Positions 1 through 10,149 are shown, counted from the first letter of the stretch. The stretch is 64,000 nucleotides of DNA from Desulforapulum autotrophicum (GCA_020723285.1 DYJE01000019.1:15074-79073), one strand, 5' to 3'. Numbers and translations: made by a program. The notes: generated by a model not told the origin, from the letters alone.

Positions 1-461
1 GGGACAAGGTGGCCCTGGTGACGTTCAGGAAAGACGGGGCCTGGGTCAACCTGCCGCCCACGTCTTCCGTGGAACTGGCCGCAAGGCTCCTTTCCGACAT
101 GCCCGTGGGCGGCAAGACGCCCCTGGCTGCCGGGCTGGTCAAGGGGTTCGAGCTGGTCAAAAACCACCTGCTTCGGGAGCCCGACGCCCGACCCATGATG
201 ATCGTCATCACCGACGGCAGGGCCAATGTGCCCTTGACGGGCGCTAAACCCTTGGGTGAAGTTCTGGGCATTGCGGAAAAAATCGCCGGGGAACCGCGCC
301 TTTGCTCCATCGTGGTGGACACGGAAAGCCAGGGCCCGGTCCGTTTCGGCCTGGCCCGGAAGCTGGCCGACGCCCTTTCCGCCGCCTGTTTTCGTATCGA
401 CGACCTCAAGGCCGAACGGCTGGTGGAGGTGGTGAAACGGAGGCGGGAGGAATACGCGTGA
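1..461 (+). CDS. VWA-domain protein, C-terminal part of a chelatase D-subunit-like protein (5' partial, runs off the window)
   Basis: The frame is open to the window edge. It has a VWA-type MIVITDGRANVP motif and lies directly upstream of a ChlI-like AAA+ gene. Confidence 0.7.
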   Translation, partial: DKVALVTFRKDGAWVNLPPTSSVELAARLLSDMPVGGKTPLAAGLVKGFELVKNHLLREPDARPMMIVITDGRANVPLTGAKPLGEVLGIAEKIAGEPRLCSIVVDTESQGPVRFGLARKLADALSAACFRIDDLKAERLVEVVKRRREEYA

Positions 462-623
462 TTTGTGATGCCGTGAGTCAAGACAAGGAAATGATAAAAG
501 ATGAACGTCCAACACCCAACGCTCAACGTCCAACATCGAATGGGTTGCAGTGCGGAGGGCGGAGTCGCAATCGGCCGTTCCGACAGTTGAAAACTTGAAT
601 GGGGAAATGTGCGGAAGCCCATC

Positions 624-665
624 GTAGGTCGGCTTCTCGGAACGAAATCCGACAAATGCCCCGAT
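624..665 (+). repeat. Solo or truncated left end of the GTAGGTCGG MITE-like family
   Basis: GTAGGTCGGCTTCTCGGAACGAAATCCGACAAATGCCCC matches the left termini at 14530 and 55837. No matching right end is nearby. Confidence 0.6.
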
Positions 666-737
666 CCATTTTTGTTCGATGTTCATGGATTCGCGCATTC
701 GGAACAGGTCAATGAAAACCTCATAATCGGAGGAACC

Positions 738-1781
738 GTGAAAAAGAAACAACGCTACCCTTTCCTGGCCATCGAAGGCCAGGACGACATGAAACTCGCC
801 CTGATCCTCAATGTGATCAACCCCGGCCTTTCCGGTGTCCTGATCCGGGGTGAAAAAGGCACGGCCAAATCCACGGCGGTCCGGGCCCTGGCCGATATCC
901 TGCCTGAGATTGTTGTGGTGAAAGACTGCCCGTTCCAGCGGAATCCGGACGGCAGTACGGCCGTTTGCGCGGACTGCGGGAAAGCGGCCTGCCGGGACCA
1001 TGTTCTCGCGGGCGGCAAACCCGAAACCCTGTCCCGGGGTGTCCGTGTGGTGGATCTTCCCGTGGGGGCCACCGAAGACCGGGTCGTGGGAACCATGGAC
1101 CTGGAAGAGGCCTTGAAGAAAGGTGAAAAGCGCATCGAACCGGGCCTTCTGGCCGCGGCCCACCGGGGGATTCTCTATGTGGACGAGGTGAACCTCCTGG
1201 ACGACCACGTGGTGGACGTGCTGCTCGATTCGGCGGCCATGGGGGTGAACACCATCGAACGGGAAGGGATCTCTTTTTCCCATCCGGCCCGGTTCACCCT
1301 GGTGGGGACCATGAACCCCGAAGAAGGGGAACTCCGGCCCCAGCTTCTGGACCGCTTCGGACTCTGCGTCACCGTCTCCGGCATCACCGATCCCGAGGCC
1401 CGGGTGAGGATTATGGAACGACGCATCGCCTTTGACGAAGACCCGGACGGATTCGCGGCAGAATGGAAAAAACCGTCGGCTGACCTGGCCGATGCGATTC
1501 GTCAGGCCATGATTCTTTATCCATCCGTGACCTGTCCCCGGCCGCTTCTCTACGACATCGCCGGATACTGCCTGGACGTGGGCGTGGACGGCCACCGTGG
1601 CGACATCATCATCCTGAAGACCGCAAGGACCCTGGCCGCCTATAACGGAAGGGCCGAGGTGACGGCGGGAGACGTCGACCGGGCCGCCGAACTGGTCCTC
1701 CCCCATCGCGTCCGCCGCCAGCCTTTGCAGGATGTTGTGGTGGACATAAAAGGTGTGCGGCAGGGTAAAAACATGGTATAG
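738..1781 (+). CDS. Mg-chelatase subunit I-like AAA+ ATPase
   Basis: Walker A GEKGTAKST, Walker B ILYVDEVNLL and MNPEEGELRPQLLDRF are typical of ChlI/BchI. A GTG start at 738 follows the RBS-like GGAGGA. The track ORF starts earlier, at 609, inside a repeat. Confidence 0.8.
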   Translation: MKKKQRYPFLAIEGQDDMKLALILNVINPGLSGVLIRGEKGTAKSTAVRALADILPEIVVVKDCPFQRNPDGSTAVCADCGKAACRDHVLAGGKPETLSRGVRVVDLPVGATEDRVVGTMDLEEALKKGEKRIEPGLLAAAHRGILYVDEVNLLDDHVVDVLLDSAAMGVNTIEREGISFSHPARFTLVGTMNPEEGELRPQLLDRFGLCVTVSGITDPEARVRIMERRIAFDEDPDGFAAEWKKPSADLADAIRQAMILYPSVTCPRPLLYDIAGYCLDVGVDGHRGDIIILKTARTLAAYNGRAEVTAGDVDRAAELVLPHRVRRQPLQDVVVDIKGVRQGKNMV

Positions 1782-1817
1782 GCGGACGGTTTGATTTTTA
1801 AGCCGGGGAATGGGATC

Positions 1818-2173
1818 TGTGGGAATGACGCAACCCCGTTGGGGTTGATGATTCGCGGCGCATTTACCCAGGGTAGCGGCGATGCCGCAACCCTGGGCTG
1901 TGATATGGAATCCCGTTGGGATTCTGCGTGGTGACGTTTGTGAAAAACACGAAACGGGAAAACGGGCGTTGGTTCAATCCCGACGTGAATGCCATTCCGC
2001 GTTGTGTGATGTTTTGTGAAAAAACATGAAACGGGGAATTGGGCGTTTATAAAATCCCACCGTGCCGGCTCGAATGCCCCAACGGGGCATCGTCGTATAG
2101 CCCAGGGTTGCGGCAACGCCTCTACCCTGGGAATCATGAATAACCATGCATCCAACCCCAACGGGGTTGTGTC
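1818..2173. repeat. REP/BIME-like hairpin cluster, copy A (356 bp)
   Basis: Several short palindromes are present: CCCAGGGTAGCGGCGATGCCGCAACCCTGGG, CAACCCCGTTGGGGTTG, AATCCCGTTGGGATT and ATGCCCCAACGGGGCAT. The block is near-identical to 2636-2991. Confidence 0.85.
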
Positions 2174-2190
2174 GATGACAGGAAAACGAT

Positions 2191-2646
2191 ATGCCCCAAT
2201 CATTATCGTCCGTTCATATCCATCTGGTGTTTTCAACGAAAAACCGCGAACCTTTTTTGCGGGATGAAATCATTCAAAAAGAAATGCACGCCTATCTTGG
2301 CGGTATTTCTAAAAAATTGGATTGCCCGCCTGTCGTTGTCGGAGGAACGGAAGACCATGCCCATCTTTTATGCCGGGTGTCCCGAACCATTTCACAGGCC
2401 GACTGGGTAAAAGAAATCAAGAGGGTGTCCAGCGCGTGGATAAAACAACGGGAACCCTTATTGTCATCGTTTTCATGGCAAGGAGGATACGGCGCGTTTT
2501 CAGTCAGCGCATCGGCCATAGACAAAACGATCCGATACATAAACGGCCAGCGCGAGCATCATAAAAAACAGACATTTCAGGATGAGTACAGGGCGTTTCT
2601 TCGTATGCACACTATGGTTTGGGACGAACGGTATGTGTGGGAATGA
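2191..2646 (+). CDS. REP-associated tyrosine transposase (RAYT, IS200/IS605 TnpA-like Y1 HUH enzyme)
   Basis: N-terminal HIHLVFSTKNREPFL, HUH motif HAHLL and catalytic-Tyr region IRYINGQREHHKK. The gene is flanked by REP blocks. Confidence 0.85.
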   Translation: MPQSLSSVHIHLVFSTKNREPFLRDEIIQKEMHAYLGGISKKLDCPPVVVGGTEDHAHLLCRVSRTISQADWVKEIKRVSSAWIKQREPLLSSFSWQGGYGAFSVSASAIDKTIRYINGQREHHKKQTFQDEYRAFLRMHTMVWDERYVWE

Positions 2647-2991
2647 CGCAACCCCGTTGGGGTTGTTGCCGTGTGCACCGTTTACCCAGGGTAGCGGCGA
2701 TGCCGCAACCCTGGGCTGTGATATTGAATCCCGTTGGGATTCTGTGTGGTGACGTTTGTGAAAAACACGAAACGGGAAAACGGGCGTTGATCCAATCCCG
2801 ACGTGAATGCCATTCCGCGTTGTGTGATGTTTTGTGAAAAAACATAAAACGGGGAATTGGGCGTTTATAAAATCCCACCGTGCCGGCTCGAATGCCCCAA
2901 CGGGGCATCGTCGTATAGCCCAGGGTTGCGGCATAGCCGCTACCCTGGGAATCATAAATAACCATGCATCCAACCCCAACGGGGTTGTGTC
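2636..2991. repeat. REP/BIME-like hairpin cluster, copy B (356 bp)
   Basis: Direct repeat of 1818-2173 with only scattered substitutions. It begins inside the last codons of the RAYT gene (TGTGGGAATGA). Confidence 0.85.
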
Positions 2992-3126
2992 ATGCCAACG
3001 GCACGGTATGAATCCGGAGAAAAACCATGTGAAGGCTTCCTAATCAATTTTAGAGGATGCATAATGTGGGTCCGATCATTAAAAAAATATGATATACGAC
3101 AGGCAGAACGAAACACAAGGACCGCC

Positions 3127-3975
3127 ATGATCAAAATAGAAAACCTGAGCAAATACTACAAATCCTTGAAAGCCGTGGACGGGCTGTCCCTCCATGTGAA
3201 GCCGGGCGAACTGTTCGCGTTCCTCGGGCCCAACGGGGCGGGGAAAACCACCACCATCCGCATCATGACCGGGCTCACCCGCAGGACCGCAGGATCGGTT
3301 TCGCTGAACGGCATCGAGGTGGGGCCGAAAAGCGTGGCGGCGCGGAAACAGTGCGGCCTTGTGCCTCAGGCCATCAACCTGGACCGGGAGCTTTCGGTGT
3401 ATGAAAACCTTACGATCCACGGACGTCTGTTCCGCATGGGCCGGATCGAAAGGAAACAGCGGATCGACGAGCTGCTGGACTACGTGGAAATGGGGGACCG
3501 GAAAGAGAGCCTCATCAAAAACCTGTCCGGCGGCATGAAACGGCGGGTGATGATCGCCCGTGCTCTTTTGCATTCTCCGGCCATTCTTTTTCTGGACGAA
3601 CCCACCGTGGGCCTTGATCCGGCCATCAGGCGGAAGATCTGGGCTTTGATCAAGAAGATCCAGCAACGGGGCACCACGGTGTTTTTAACCACCCACTACA
3701 TCGAGGAGGCCGAGTTTCTGGCAGACCGGGTGGCCTTTATCGACAAGGGCAAAATCATCACCGTGGACACGCCACGGAACCTGATGGAAAGCATCGGAAG
3801 CTGGGCCATCGACCGTTTCGTGGACGACGACATGAAACCCCAGTATTTCGCCAGCCGAAAAGAGGCCAACGATTTCATCGCCACCCAGAGCGAGAGTTTC
3901 ACCTTACGGCGCGTCAACCTGGAAGACGCCTTTCTCTCACTCACCGGAAAAAAAGTCGGAAAGGACCATTCATGA
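3127..3975 (+). CDS. ABC transporter ATP-binding protein (ABC-2/DrrA-like exporter type)
   Basis: Walker A GPNGAGKTT, signature LSGGMKRR and Walker B ILFLDEPT. The ATG at 3127 follows AAGGA. Confidence 0.85.
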   Translation: MIKIENLSKYYKSLKAVDGLSLHVKPGELFAFLGPNGAGKTTTIRIMTGLTRRTAGSVSLNGIEVGPKSVAARKQCGLVPQAINLDRELSVYENLTIHGRLFRMGRIERKQRIDELLDYVEMGDRKESLIKNLSGGMKRRVMIARALLHSPAILFLDEPTVGLDPAIRRKIWALIKKIQQRGTTVFLTTHYIEEAEFLADRVAFIDKGKIITVDTPRNLMESIGSWAIDRFVDDDMKPQYFASRKEANDFIATQSESFTLRRVNLEDAFLSLTGKKVGKDHS

Positions 3976-4709
3976 TTCACGGCATGCTCGCGGTTTATTC
4001 ACGGGAAATGATGATTTTGAGACGGCGCCTGACCCGCCAGATTCCCTCCTGGTCCGTGTCGCCCCTTCTTTACCTGGTGGCCTTCGGCTACGCCATGGGA
4101 CGCCATGTGGCGGTGGACGGCCACACGTACATGGAATTCCTGATTCCCGGTCTCGTGGCCATGGCCAGCATGGTCCAGGCCTACGGCATCTCCAGCGAAA
4201 TCAACATCGCAAGGTTCTACTGGCATATCTTCGAGGAGATCCAGGCGGCCCCGGTGAGCGATACGGCCTACGTGGCCGGCGAAGTGCTGGCCGGCATGAC
4301 ACGGGCTTTTCTCGCCGTGTGCATCATCCTGGTTTTCGGGTTTCTTTTCGGGGTGAAACAGAGTTACCCCCCGCTTTTTTTCGTGGCGATTCTCATGAAC
4401 AGCTTCGTGTTCGCGTCCCTGGCCGTGGCCATGGCCATGCTTGTGAAATCCCACGCGGACCAGAGCCTGGTGAGCAACTTTGTCATCACCCCCATGGCCT
4501 TTCTGGGCGGAACGTTCTTCCCCCTGCATTCCCTTCCGGTGTGGGCCCAGAAGACTCTGTACTTCCTGCCGCTGACCCACGCCTCCAAAGCCATACGGGC
4601 CGCGTCCTACGGCCAGACGCCGGCGGCTGTCTCTTTCGCCGTCCTGGCCGGTGTGGGCCTCACGTTTTTCTCGATGGCGGTTTTTTTCGTGAGCAAGGCC
4701 AAGGATTGA
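3972..4709 (+). CDS. ABC-2 type transporter permease
   Basis: ATGA overlap with the ATPase gene. The product is a 6-TM-like hydrophobic protein of typical ABC-2 length. Confidence 0.75.
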   Translation: MIHGMLAVYSREMMILRRRLTRQIPSWSVSPLLYLVAFGYAMGRHVAVDGHTYMEFLIPGLVAMASMVQAYGISSEINIARFYWHIFEEIQAAPVSDTAYVAGEVLAGMTRAFLAVCIILVFGFLFGVKQSYPPLFFVAILMNSFVFASLAVAMAMLVKSHADQSLVSNFVITPMAFLGGTFFPLHSLPVWAQKTLYFLPLTHASKAIRAASYGQTPAAVSFAVLAGVGLTFFSMAVFFVSKAKD

Positions 4710-4754
4710 CAATGACCCTGTGCACACATATACTGTGTAAAAAGGGGAGCATTC

Positions 4755-4979
4755 ATGAAAAATATAACATTAGCCATCGATGATGACACATTGAAAGTCG
4801 GCCGGGAATACGCAAAAAAACACAACATGTCATTTAACGCCATGGTCAGAAAACTGATCCAGCAGACGGTCAGGTCAGATTCCACCCAATGGCTCGACGA
4901 CACGTATGCTTTAATGGACAGACTGAACGTATCGTCAGCAAATGAAAAATGGACACGAGAGGACCTGCATCGTGCCTAA
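4755..4979 (+). CDS. Type II antitoxin (VapB-like, small DNA-binding protein)
   Basis: A 74-aa ORF that overlaps the downstream PIN gene by 8 nt. Confidence 0.6.
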   Translation: MKNITLAIDDDTLKVGREYAKKHNMSFNAMVRKLIQQTVRSDSTQWLDDTYALMDRLNVSSANEKWTREDLHRA

Positions 4980-5397
4980 GGTCTTCATCGATACAAACAT
5001 TCTTGTTTATACAATGGATAATAAGGACCTTGGAAAGCAGCTTTTAGCAAGACAAACCATCAATACTATCGTCAACAACCATTTCCCCGTCATTTCCACT
5101 CAGGTCATTCAGGAATTTTATGTGGCAACCACGTTGAAATTAAAAGCGAATCCCATGATAATCAAGAGCATTGTTCATAATTTCAGAAACATGGAAGTTG
5201 TGGATAACGATATTGGCTTGACTGAACAGGCAATAGACATCAGTGTCATGTCAAAAATTTCATTCTGGGATTCTCTGATCATCGCCGCTGCTGAAAAAGC
5301 CAGTTGCGAGTTCGTGCTTTCAGAATATTTAAACACCGGCCAGGTATTCCGCGGAATAAAAGTTATCAATCCTTTCGGGGATATCCCTTGGCTATGA
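4972..5397 (+). CDS. vapC: PIN-domain toxin VapC
   Basis: VFIDTNILVY start motif with a conserved acidic residue, and a later FWDSLI segment. GTG at 4972, with an alternative in-frame start at 4942. Confidence 0.75.
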   Translation: MPKVFIDTNILVYTMDNKDLGKQLLARQTINTIVNNHFPVISTQVIQEFYVATTLKLKANPMIIKSIVHNFRNMEVVDNDIGLTEQAIDISVMSKISFWDSLIIAAAEKASCEFVLSEYLNTGQVFRGIKVINPFGDIPWL

Positions 5398-5430
5398 CTG
5401 TGAATCAGCTGGCCGTATCAGGTATTCAGA

Positions 5431-6192
5431 CTAAGACAAATCCGGATTCACCATATCCGCTTTGTCAAACTTCCCGTTTTCAAGGAAATATTCGATCTGA
5501 TGCATGATGGACCGGCTTGAGGCCATGAAGGGATGGCTTTTGGGGATACAGATGAAATCGGTCATCTCGTCGAGCATGGTGCTTTCCACGGACACTTTCC
5601 CGTCGTCCGGGCCGGGGATCAGCAGGGAGCTGATGGGATCCACCGTTCGCGTTCCGGCGATGACCCCGATCTCTTCGTCCACGGGACCCAGCATGTTGAC
5701 GTAACTGTCCTCGGACGTTCCCAGACTTTGCCCGGCGTCACCCATGACCCATCTATAAAGAAAGAAATCCATCAGAAAATCGGCCACCTCACTCCCTTTG
5801 TTCGGGGGGCCCAGCATTACCACCCGGCTTCCGGCTGGAAGACTGTTGTTCTGGAGATATTGCCGGATCACGATGCCGCCCAGGGAATGGGTCACCACAT
5901 GGACTTTGACCGCCCCCTGCTTGATACAGGTTTCGATGGCCTGTTTCACATGGGTGTCGGCGATGACGGGAATGGGCTCGGCGGTGGAGGGATAGCTGAT
6001 GTTCATGGTTTTGTACCCGCGTTCTTCCAGGTATTTGGCCACTTTCCGCATGCTGAACCGGGTGCGGCCCAGGCCGTGGAGAATGAGAACGTACTCTGTC
6101 TTGCCCTGCTCAGGCCGGGCGGCGGCGTCACGACTGTCGGCCATAAAACAGGCCAGAATGAGCATTAGTGTCAGGGGGGTCATCCATTTCAT
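5431..6192 (-). CDS. Secreted alpha/beta hydrolase (lipase/esterase-like)
   Basis: N-terminal signal peptide, GXSXG nucleophile elbow HSLGG, and RBS AAGGAG. Confidence 0.7.
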   Translation of the reverse strand: MKWMTPLTLMLILACFMADSRDAAARPEQGKTEYVLILHGLGRTRFSMRKVAKYLEERGYKTMNISYPSTAEPIPVIADTHVKQAIETCIKQGAVKVHVVTHSLGGIVIRQYLQNNSLPAGSRVVMLGPPNKGSEVADFLMDFFLYRWVMGDAGQSLGTSEDSYVNMLGPVDEEIGVIAGTRTVDPISSLLIPGPDDGKVSVESTMLDEMTDFICIPKSHPFMASSRSIMHQIEYFLENGKFDKADMVNPDLS

Positions 6193-6378
6193 GATGGCTC
6201 CTTTATGTGTTTCATGTCACGCCGGTCGCGTGCCGTGATGCGGTCTTCACCGTTTTGATGGAAGGTTGACCAGGTTTTTTCATTGAAAGGCCTGGATAAT
6301 TGACGACGTCCTTCCGCTTCCTTGAAATCTGTTCAAATCAGAAACACCGTTTTTTGTCAACCCCGGATATGCCGCCCC

Positions 6379-7773
6379 TTACAGCCCATCAAGAGGAATT
6401 TCGAATTTTTTCATATACTTCCATATGGCCGTCCGACTGATCCCCCGTCGCCTCGCCGCCTCGGCCTTGTTCCAGCCCGACTGTTCCAGAAGATGAACCA
6501 GACTTTCCCTGGAAAGGGGCGAACGATCGATGCCGGTTGCACCGTCCTTGCCCGCATGGGGCTGATGGTCCGGAAGTCCATGGGGGGTTCTGAGTTCGAC
6601 GGGCAGGTCCGGCACATCGATAAGGCCTGACGAGCAAAGAACGAACGCATGTTCGACGGCGTTTTCCAGTTCACGGACATTGCCGGGAAAGGGATGGTCC
6701 ATCATCACCCGCAGAGCATGCTCTGTCAGGCCCCGGATGGTCTTTCCCGTTTTCCGGTTCAGTTTTTCGATAAAATGATCAGCCAGAAGCGGGAGATCTT
6801 CTTTCCGTTTCCGCAAGGGCGGAAGTGCGATGGGAAACACCTTGAGGCGGTAGTACAGGTCTTCCCTGAAATACCCGGCCCTGACCTGATCCATCAGATT
6901 CCGGTTGGTGGCGGCAATGACCCGGATGTCGATTTTCCGTTTCTTCGAATCCCCCACCCGTTCGACTTCACGTTCCTGAAGCACCCGCAGAAGCTTCACC
7001 TGGATATAGGGCGGGAGTTCCCCGATTTCATCGAGAAAAACAGTGCCGCCTTCCCCTTCCTCGAACCGCCCGGCACGGTCTTTCAGGGCTCCGGTGTAGG
7101 CCCCCTTCACATGACCGAACAGCTCGCTTTCAAGAAGAAATTCCGACAGTGCGCTGCAATTCACCGTCACCATGGGTCCGCTGGACCGTGAACCGGTGTG
7201 ATGGATGGCCCGGGCGATCAGCTCCTTGCCCGTGCCGCTTTCACCCTGAATCAGGACCGTGGCGTCACTGAGGGCCGCGGCCCGGACTGCGGCAAACACC
7301 AACTGCATGTCGTGGCTCTTGCCGACGATGCTGTCAAGCCGGCTCATTTCCCCCAGGCGAAGGATGGCGGATTCGGCTTTTTTCCGTTCTTCGTAAAGTT
7401 CGGAAAGATCCGTCACCGTCTCCACCACGCCCAGAATTCCGCCTTTTGCATCCCTGATCAGCCGGGCGCTTTTCAACACCGGCACGTCGTGTCCATCCTT
7501 GTGGCGGAGCATGCACTCCCTGCCGTCCACGGCCCCATGCCTGAAAATATCGCACTCGATGACACTGGACGGACACCTTCGGCCCATGCAACTGTTGAAA
7601 CCCAGCATGATGCAGGATTTTCCAAGGGCTTCTCCGGCTGAATAGCCTGAAATCCTTTCCATGGACCGGTTCCAGGAGGTAAACCGCCCGCTGTGGTCCA
7701 GGGTGAACACCCCGTCAGCCAGGGATTCCAGAAGAAGATCGGCCCAGTCGGGCCCAAGATGAATGTTTTCCAT
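6379..7773 (-). CDS. Sigma-54-dependent transcriptional activator with N-terminal PAS domain
   Basis: GESGTGKE Walker A, a GAYTGA (GAFTGA-type) loop and a C-terminal Fis-type HTH. The likely ATG at 7773 follows AAGGAACAAGGA. The track ORF extends to 7857. Confidence 0.85.
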   Translation of the reverse strand: MENIHLGPDWADLLLESLADGVFTLDHSGRFTSWNRSMERISGYSAGEALGKSCIMLGFNSCMGRRCPSSVIECDIFRHGAVDGRECMLRHKDGHDVPVLKSARLIRDAKGGILGVVETVTDLSELYEERKKAESAILRLGEMSRLDSIVGKSHDMQLVFAAVRAAALSDATVLIQGESGTGKELIARAIHHTGSRSSGPMVTVNCSALSEFLLESELFGHVKGAYTGALKDRAGRFEEGEGGTVFLDEIGELPPYIQVKLLRVLQEREVERVGDSKKRKIDIRVIAATNRNLMDQVRAGYFREDLYYRLKVFPIALPPLRKRKEDLPLLADHFIEKLNRKTGKTIRGLTEHALRVMMDHPFPGNVRELENAVEHAFVLCSSGLIDVPDLPVELRTPHGLPDHQPHAGKDGATGIDRSPLSRESLVHLLEQSGWNKAEAARRRGISRTAIWKYMKKFEIPLDGL

Positions 7774-7815
7774 GGGGTCCTTGTTCCTTCGCTGTCCGGC
7801 AATGAATGAGCTCAC

Positions 7816-7829
7816 TGGTAACGTTACCA
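7816..7829. promoter_or_regulatory. Perfect 14-bp palindrome TGGTAACGTTACCA in a divergent intergenic region
   Basis: Read directly. It lies between the activator gene and the 8040 operon. Confidence 0.3.
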
Positions 7830-7954
7830 TAACGCTACCCCATCCTATGTTGCGCAACCCGTAAAATCAAGAATTCTTTCACACGAAGGCACAACCATCA
7901 CCATATGACTGTTATCATTATCCATTTTCATCAATCCACCACCGTTTACAATTC

Positions 7955-7970
7955 TGGTACGCCTTTTGTA
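7955..7970 (+). promoter_or_regulatory. Weak sigma-54-like -24/-12 element TGGTACGCCTTTTGTA
   Basis: GG and TTG are correctly spaced against TGGCACG-N4-TTGCW, but GT replaces GC at -12. It lies about 70 nt upstream of the 8040 ORF, next to a sigma-54 activator gene. Confidence 0.35.
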
Positions 7971-8039
7971 ACATCGCTCCTGATGTTTTTTAAGACCCAT
8001 TGAAACGGAGAGAACAAGACATGACAAACAAGGGGACGT

Positions 8040-8228
8040 ATGGGCCATTGTATCAACCACCCGGACACACCGGGAACATACCGTTGCATGAAACATGAAA
8101 TCGATCTTTGTGAACACTGCCTGGCCTGTCGGGACCCCAAGATCCACTGCCGGCACCGCCCGTCCTGCATGACCTGGTTTCTGATCAGGCGTGGCGGCAG
8201 GGACATGGATGGCAAGGGGCCGGAATAA
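8040..8228 (+). CDS. Small Cys/His-rich protein (B-box-like zinc-finger pattern)
   Basis: 62 aa with C-x2-H-x7-C-x2-H-x5-C-x2-C-x2-C spacing (CINHPDTPGTYRCMKHEIDLCEHCLAC). RBS AAGGGGA. Confidence 0.5.
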   Translation: MGHCINHPDTPGTYRCMKHEIDLCEHCLACRDPKIHCRHRPSCMTWFLIRRGGRDMDGKGPE

Positions 8229-8334
8229 CCTCCCCCAGCCCGGTGGAACGAGAAAATCAAGCGTCAAAACGGGGCCGGATTCACACCCGTCGGCCCCAGA
8301 CACATAACCCGTTAAAACAAAAGAAAGAGGATCC

Positions 8335-10041
8335 ATGAAAAAAAACCGGAAAATCGTCATCATCGGCGGCGTGGCCTGTGGGCCCAAAGCCGCCGCACGC
8401 ATCAAACGGCTCAATCCTTCGGCTGACGTGACCCTCGTTGAAAAAGGAGAGCTCCTCTCCTATGCGGGCTGCGGCCTGCCCTTCTACATCTCCGGCGAAG
8501 TCCACGACCACAACGAACTCATGGCCACCCCCACCGGCGTGGTGCGGGATACCCAGTTTTTCAATATGGTCAAGGACATCAAGGTTTTGAACCACACCCT
8601 GGCCAAATCCGTGGACCGTGAAAACAAAAACGTCTGCGCCGTGAAAATAGACACCGGCGAATGCACCGAACTGCCCTACGATGTGCTTATTCTGGCCATC
8701 GGCGGCCAGACATTCAAACCCAATGTTCCGGGCCTTGACCTCAAAGGCGTCCACTTTCTCCAGACCGTGGAAGACGCCCAGAAAATCAGGAACAAAAGCG
8801 GCGATCTCACAGGAAAACACGCTGTGATCATCGGCGCTGGCCTCATCGGCATCGAAGTCACCGAATCCTTCAAAAAACAGGGCATGACCGTGACAGTGAT
8901 CGAAAAAGCGGACACCGTGCTGCCCGAACTGCTCGACACGGAAATCGCCTTCCATGTTCACCAGGAACTCAAGGCCAACGGAGTGAATCTCAAGCTGAAT
9001 GAAAGTGTTGAGGCCATACTGGGTGACGACCAGGGCAATGCCGTGATGGTGAAAACATCATCCGGCGATGTCCAGGCGGACATGGTGCTGGTGGCCGTGG
9101 GGGTCCGGCCCAACGTGGGCCTGGCCAGAGACATGGGCCTTGAAATCGGCGAAACCGGTGCCATCAAGGTAAATCACTTCATGCAGACCTCAGACCCGTC
9201 CATTTACGCCGGGGGCGACTGCGTGGAAAGCGTCAGTCTGGTTTCCGGCAAACCCGTCTACGCCCCCATGGGGTCCACGGCCAACAAGCACGGCAGGGTC
9301 ATGGCCGACCACATCTGCGGCATCGAGACGCCGTTCAGGGGTGTGGCCGGAACAGCCATCTGCAAGCTGTTCAACCTCAACATCGCCAAAACCGGCCTAT
9401 CTGAAAAACAGGCAAAAAGCCTCGGTTACGACTGCCTCACCGTGCTGAACCCCTCGCCGGACAAAGCCCATTTCCTCAAGGACGCAAAAATGATCATCAT
9501 CAAGATGGTGGTTGAAAAACTGACGGCCCGGCTCCTCGGCGTCCAGATTGTGGGCCCCGGCGATGTGGCGAAACGCATGGACGTCGCCGTCACCACAATC
9601 ACCGCCGGACGGCCTGTCACGGACATCGCCCACCTGGACCTGGCTTACGCTCCGCCCTTTTCTCCGGCCATGGACAACATCATCACAGCGGCGAATATCG
9701 CGGAAAACAAACTCAAGGGCATTGGCCTCGCGTATAACCCCCTTGAAGTCAAAGCGAAAATCGATCGTGGAGAAGATTTCGTATTTCTCGATGTCCGGTC
9801 TCCTCAGGAACTGGAAGCCATGCGGATCGACGACCCGCGAATTCTGAACATTCCTCTGGGAAAACTCCGGTCAAGCCTTGACAAGCTCCCGAAAGACAAG
9901 GAGATCGTCCCCTTCTGCAAAATTTCCCTTCGAGGCTACGAAGCCCAGAGAATCCTTCAGGGCGAAGGGTTCGAGCATGTGAAGTACATGGACGGAGGCC
10001 TTGTGTGCTGGCCCTTTGAAAAAACAGTTAACCCTGCATAA
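8335..10041 (+). CDS. CoA-disulfide reductase / NADH-dependent persulfide reductase family with C-terminal rhodanese domain
   Basis: FAD motif IIGGVACGPKAA, redox Cys in SYAGCGLPF, second dinucleotide fold IIGAGLIGIE, and a C-terminal rhodanese with FCKISLRG. Confidence 0.85.
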   Translation: MKKNRKIVIIGGVACGPKAAARIKRLNPSADVTLVEKGELLSYAGCGLPFYISGEVHDHNELMATPTGVVRDTQFFNMVKDIKVLNHTLAKSVDRENKNVCAVKIDTGECTELPYDVLILAIGGQTFKPNVPGLDLKGVHFLQTVEDAQKIRNKSGDLTGKHAVIIGAGLIGIEVTESFKKQGMTVTVIEKADTVLPELLDTEIAFHVHQELKANGVNLKLNESVEAILGDDQGNAVMVKTSSGDVQADMVLVAVGVRPNVGLARDMGLEIGETGAIKVNHFMQTSDPSIYAGGDCVESVSLVSGKPVYAPMGSTANKHGRVMADHICGIETPFRGVAGTAICKLFNLNIAKTGLSEKQAKSLGYDCLTVLNPSPDKAHFLKDAKMIIIKMVVEKLTARLLGVQIVGPGDVAKRMDVAVTTITAGRPVTDIAHLDLAYAPPFSPAMDNIITAANIAENKLKGIGLAYNPLEVKAKIDRGEDFVFLDVRSPQELEAMRIDDPRILNIPLGKLRSSLDKLPKDKEIVPFCKISLRGYEAQRILQGEGFEHVKYMDGGLVCWPFEKTVNPA

Positions 10042-10149
10042 AAATTATGTTAATGTGAACAATCAAGTCACAACGCATGTCTTGTCAGCCTCCGGAACCC
10101 TCCGGAGGCGGTTCACACCCGTCACATCATCACACATCGGAGGAAAGAT

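Noticed and set aside
1640-2979. ORFs 1640-2236, 2016-2267, 2500-2979, 2612-2965 and 2834-3043, which share near-identical peptide segments.
   Set aside because: They run through the two REP-hairpin blocks. The shared peptides simply reflect the DNA repeat, and no RBS or coding pattern is present.
8281-8961. A 226-aa ORF antisense to the CoADR-rhodanese gene, plus ORF 7845-8414.
   Set aside because: They are antisense to, or overlap, well-supported genes and the intergenic promoter region, and they have the low-complexity composition of shadow ORFs.
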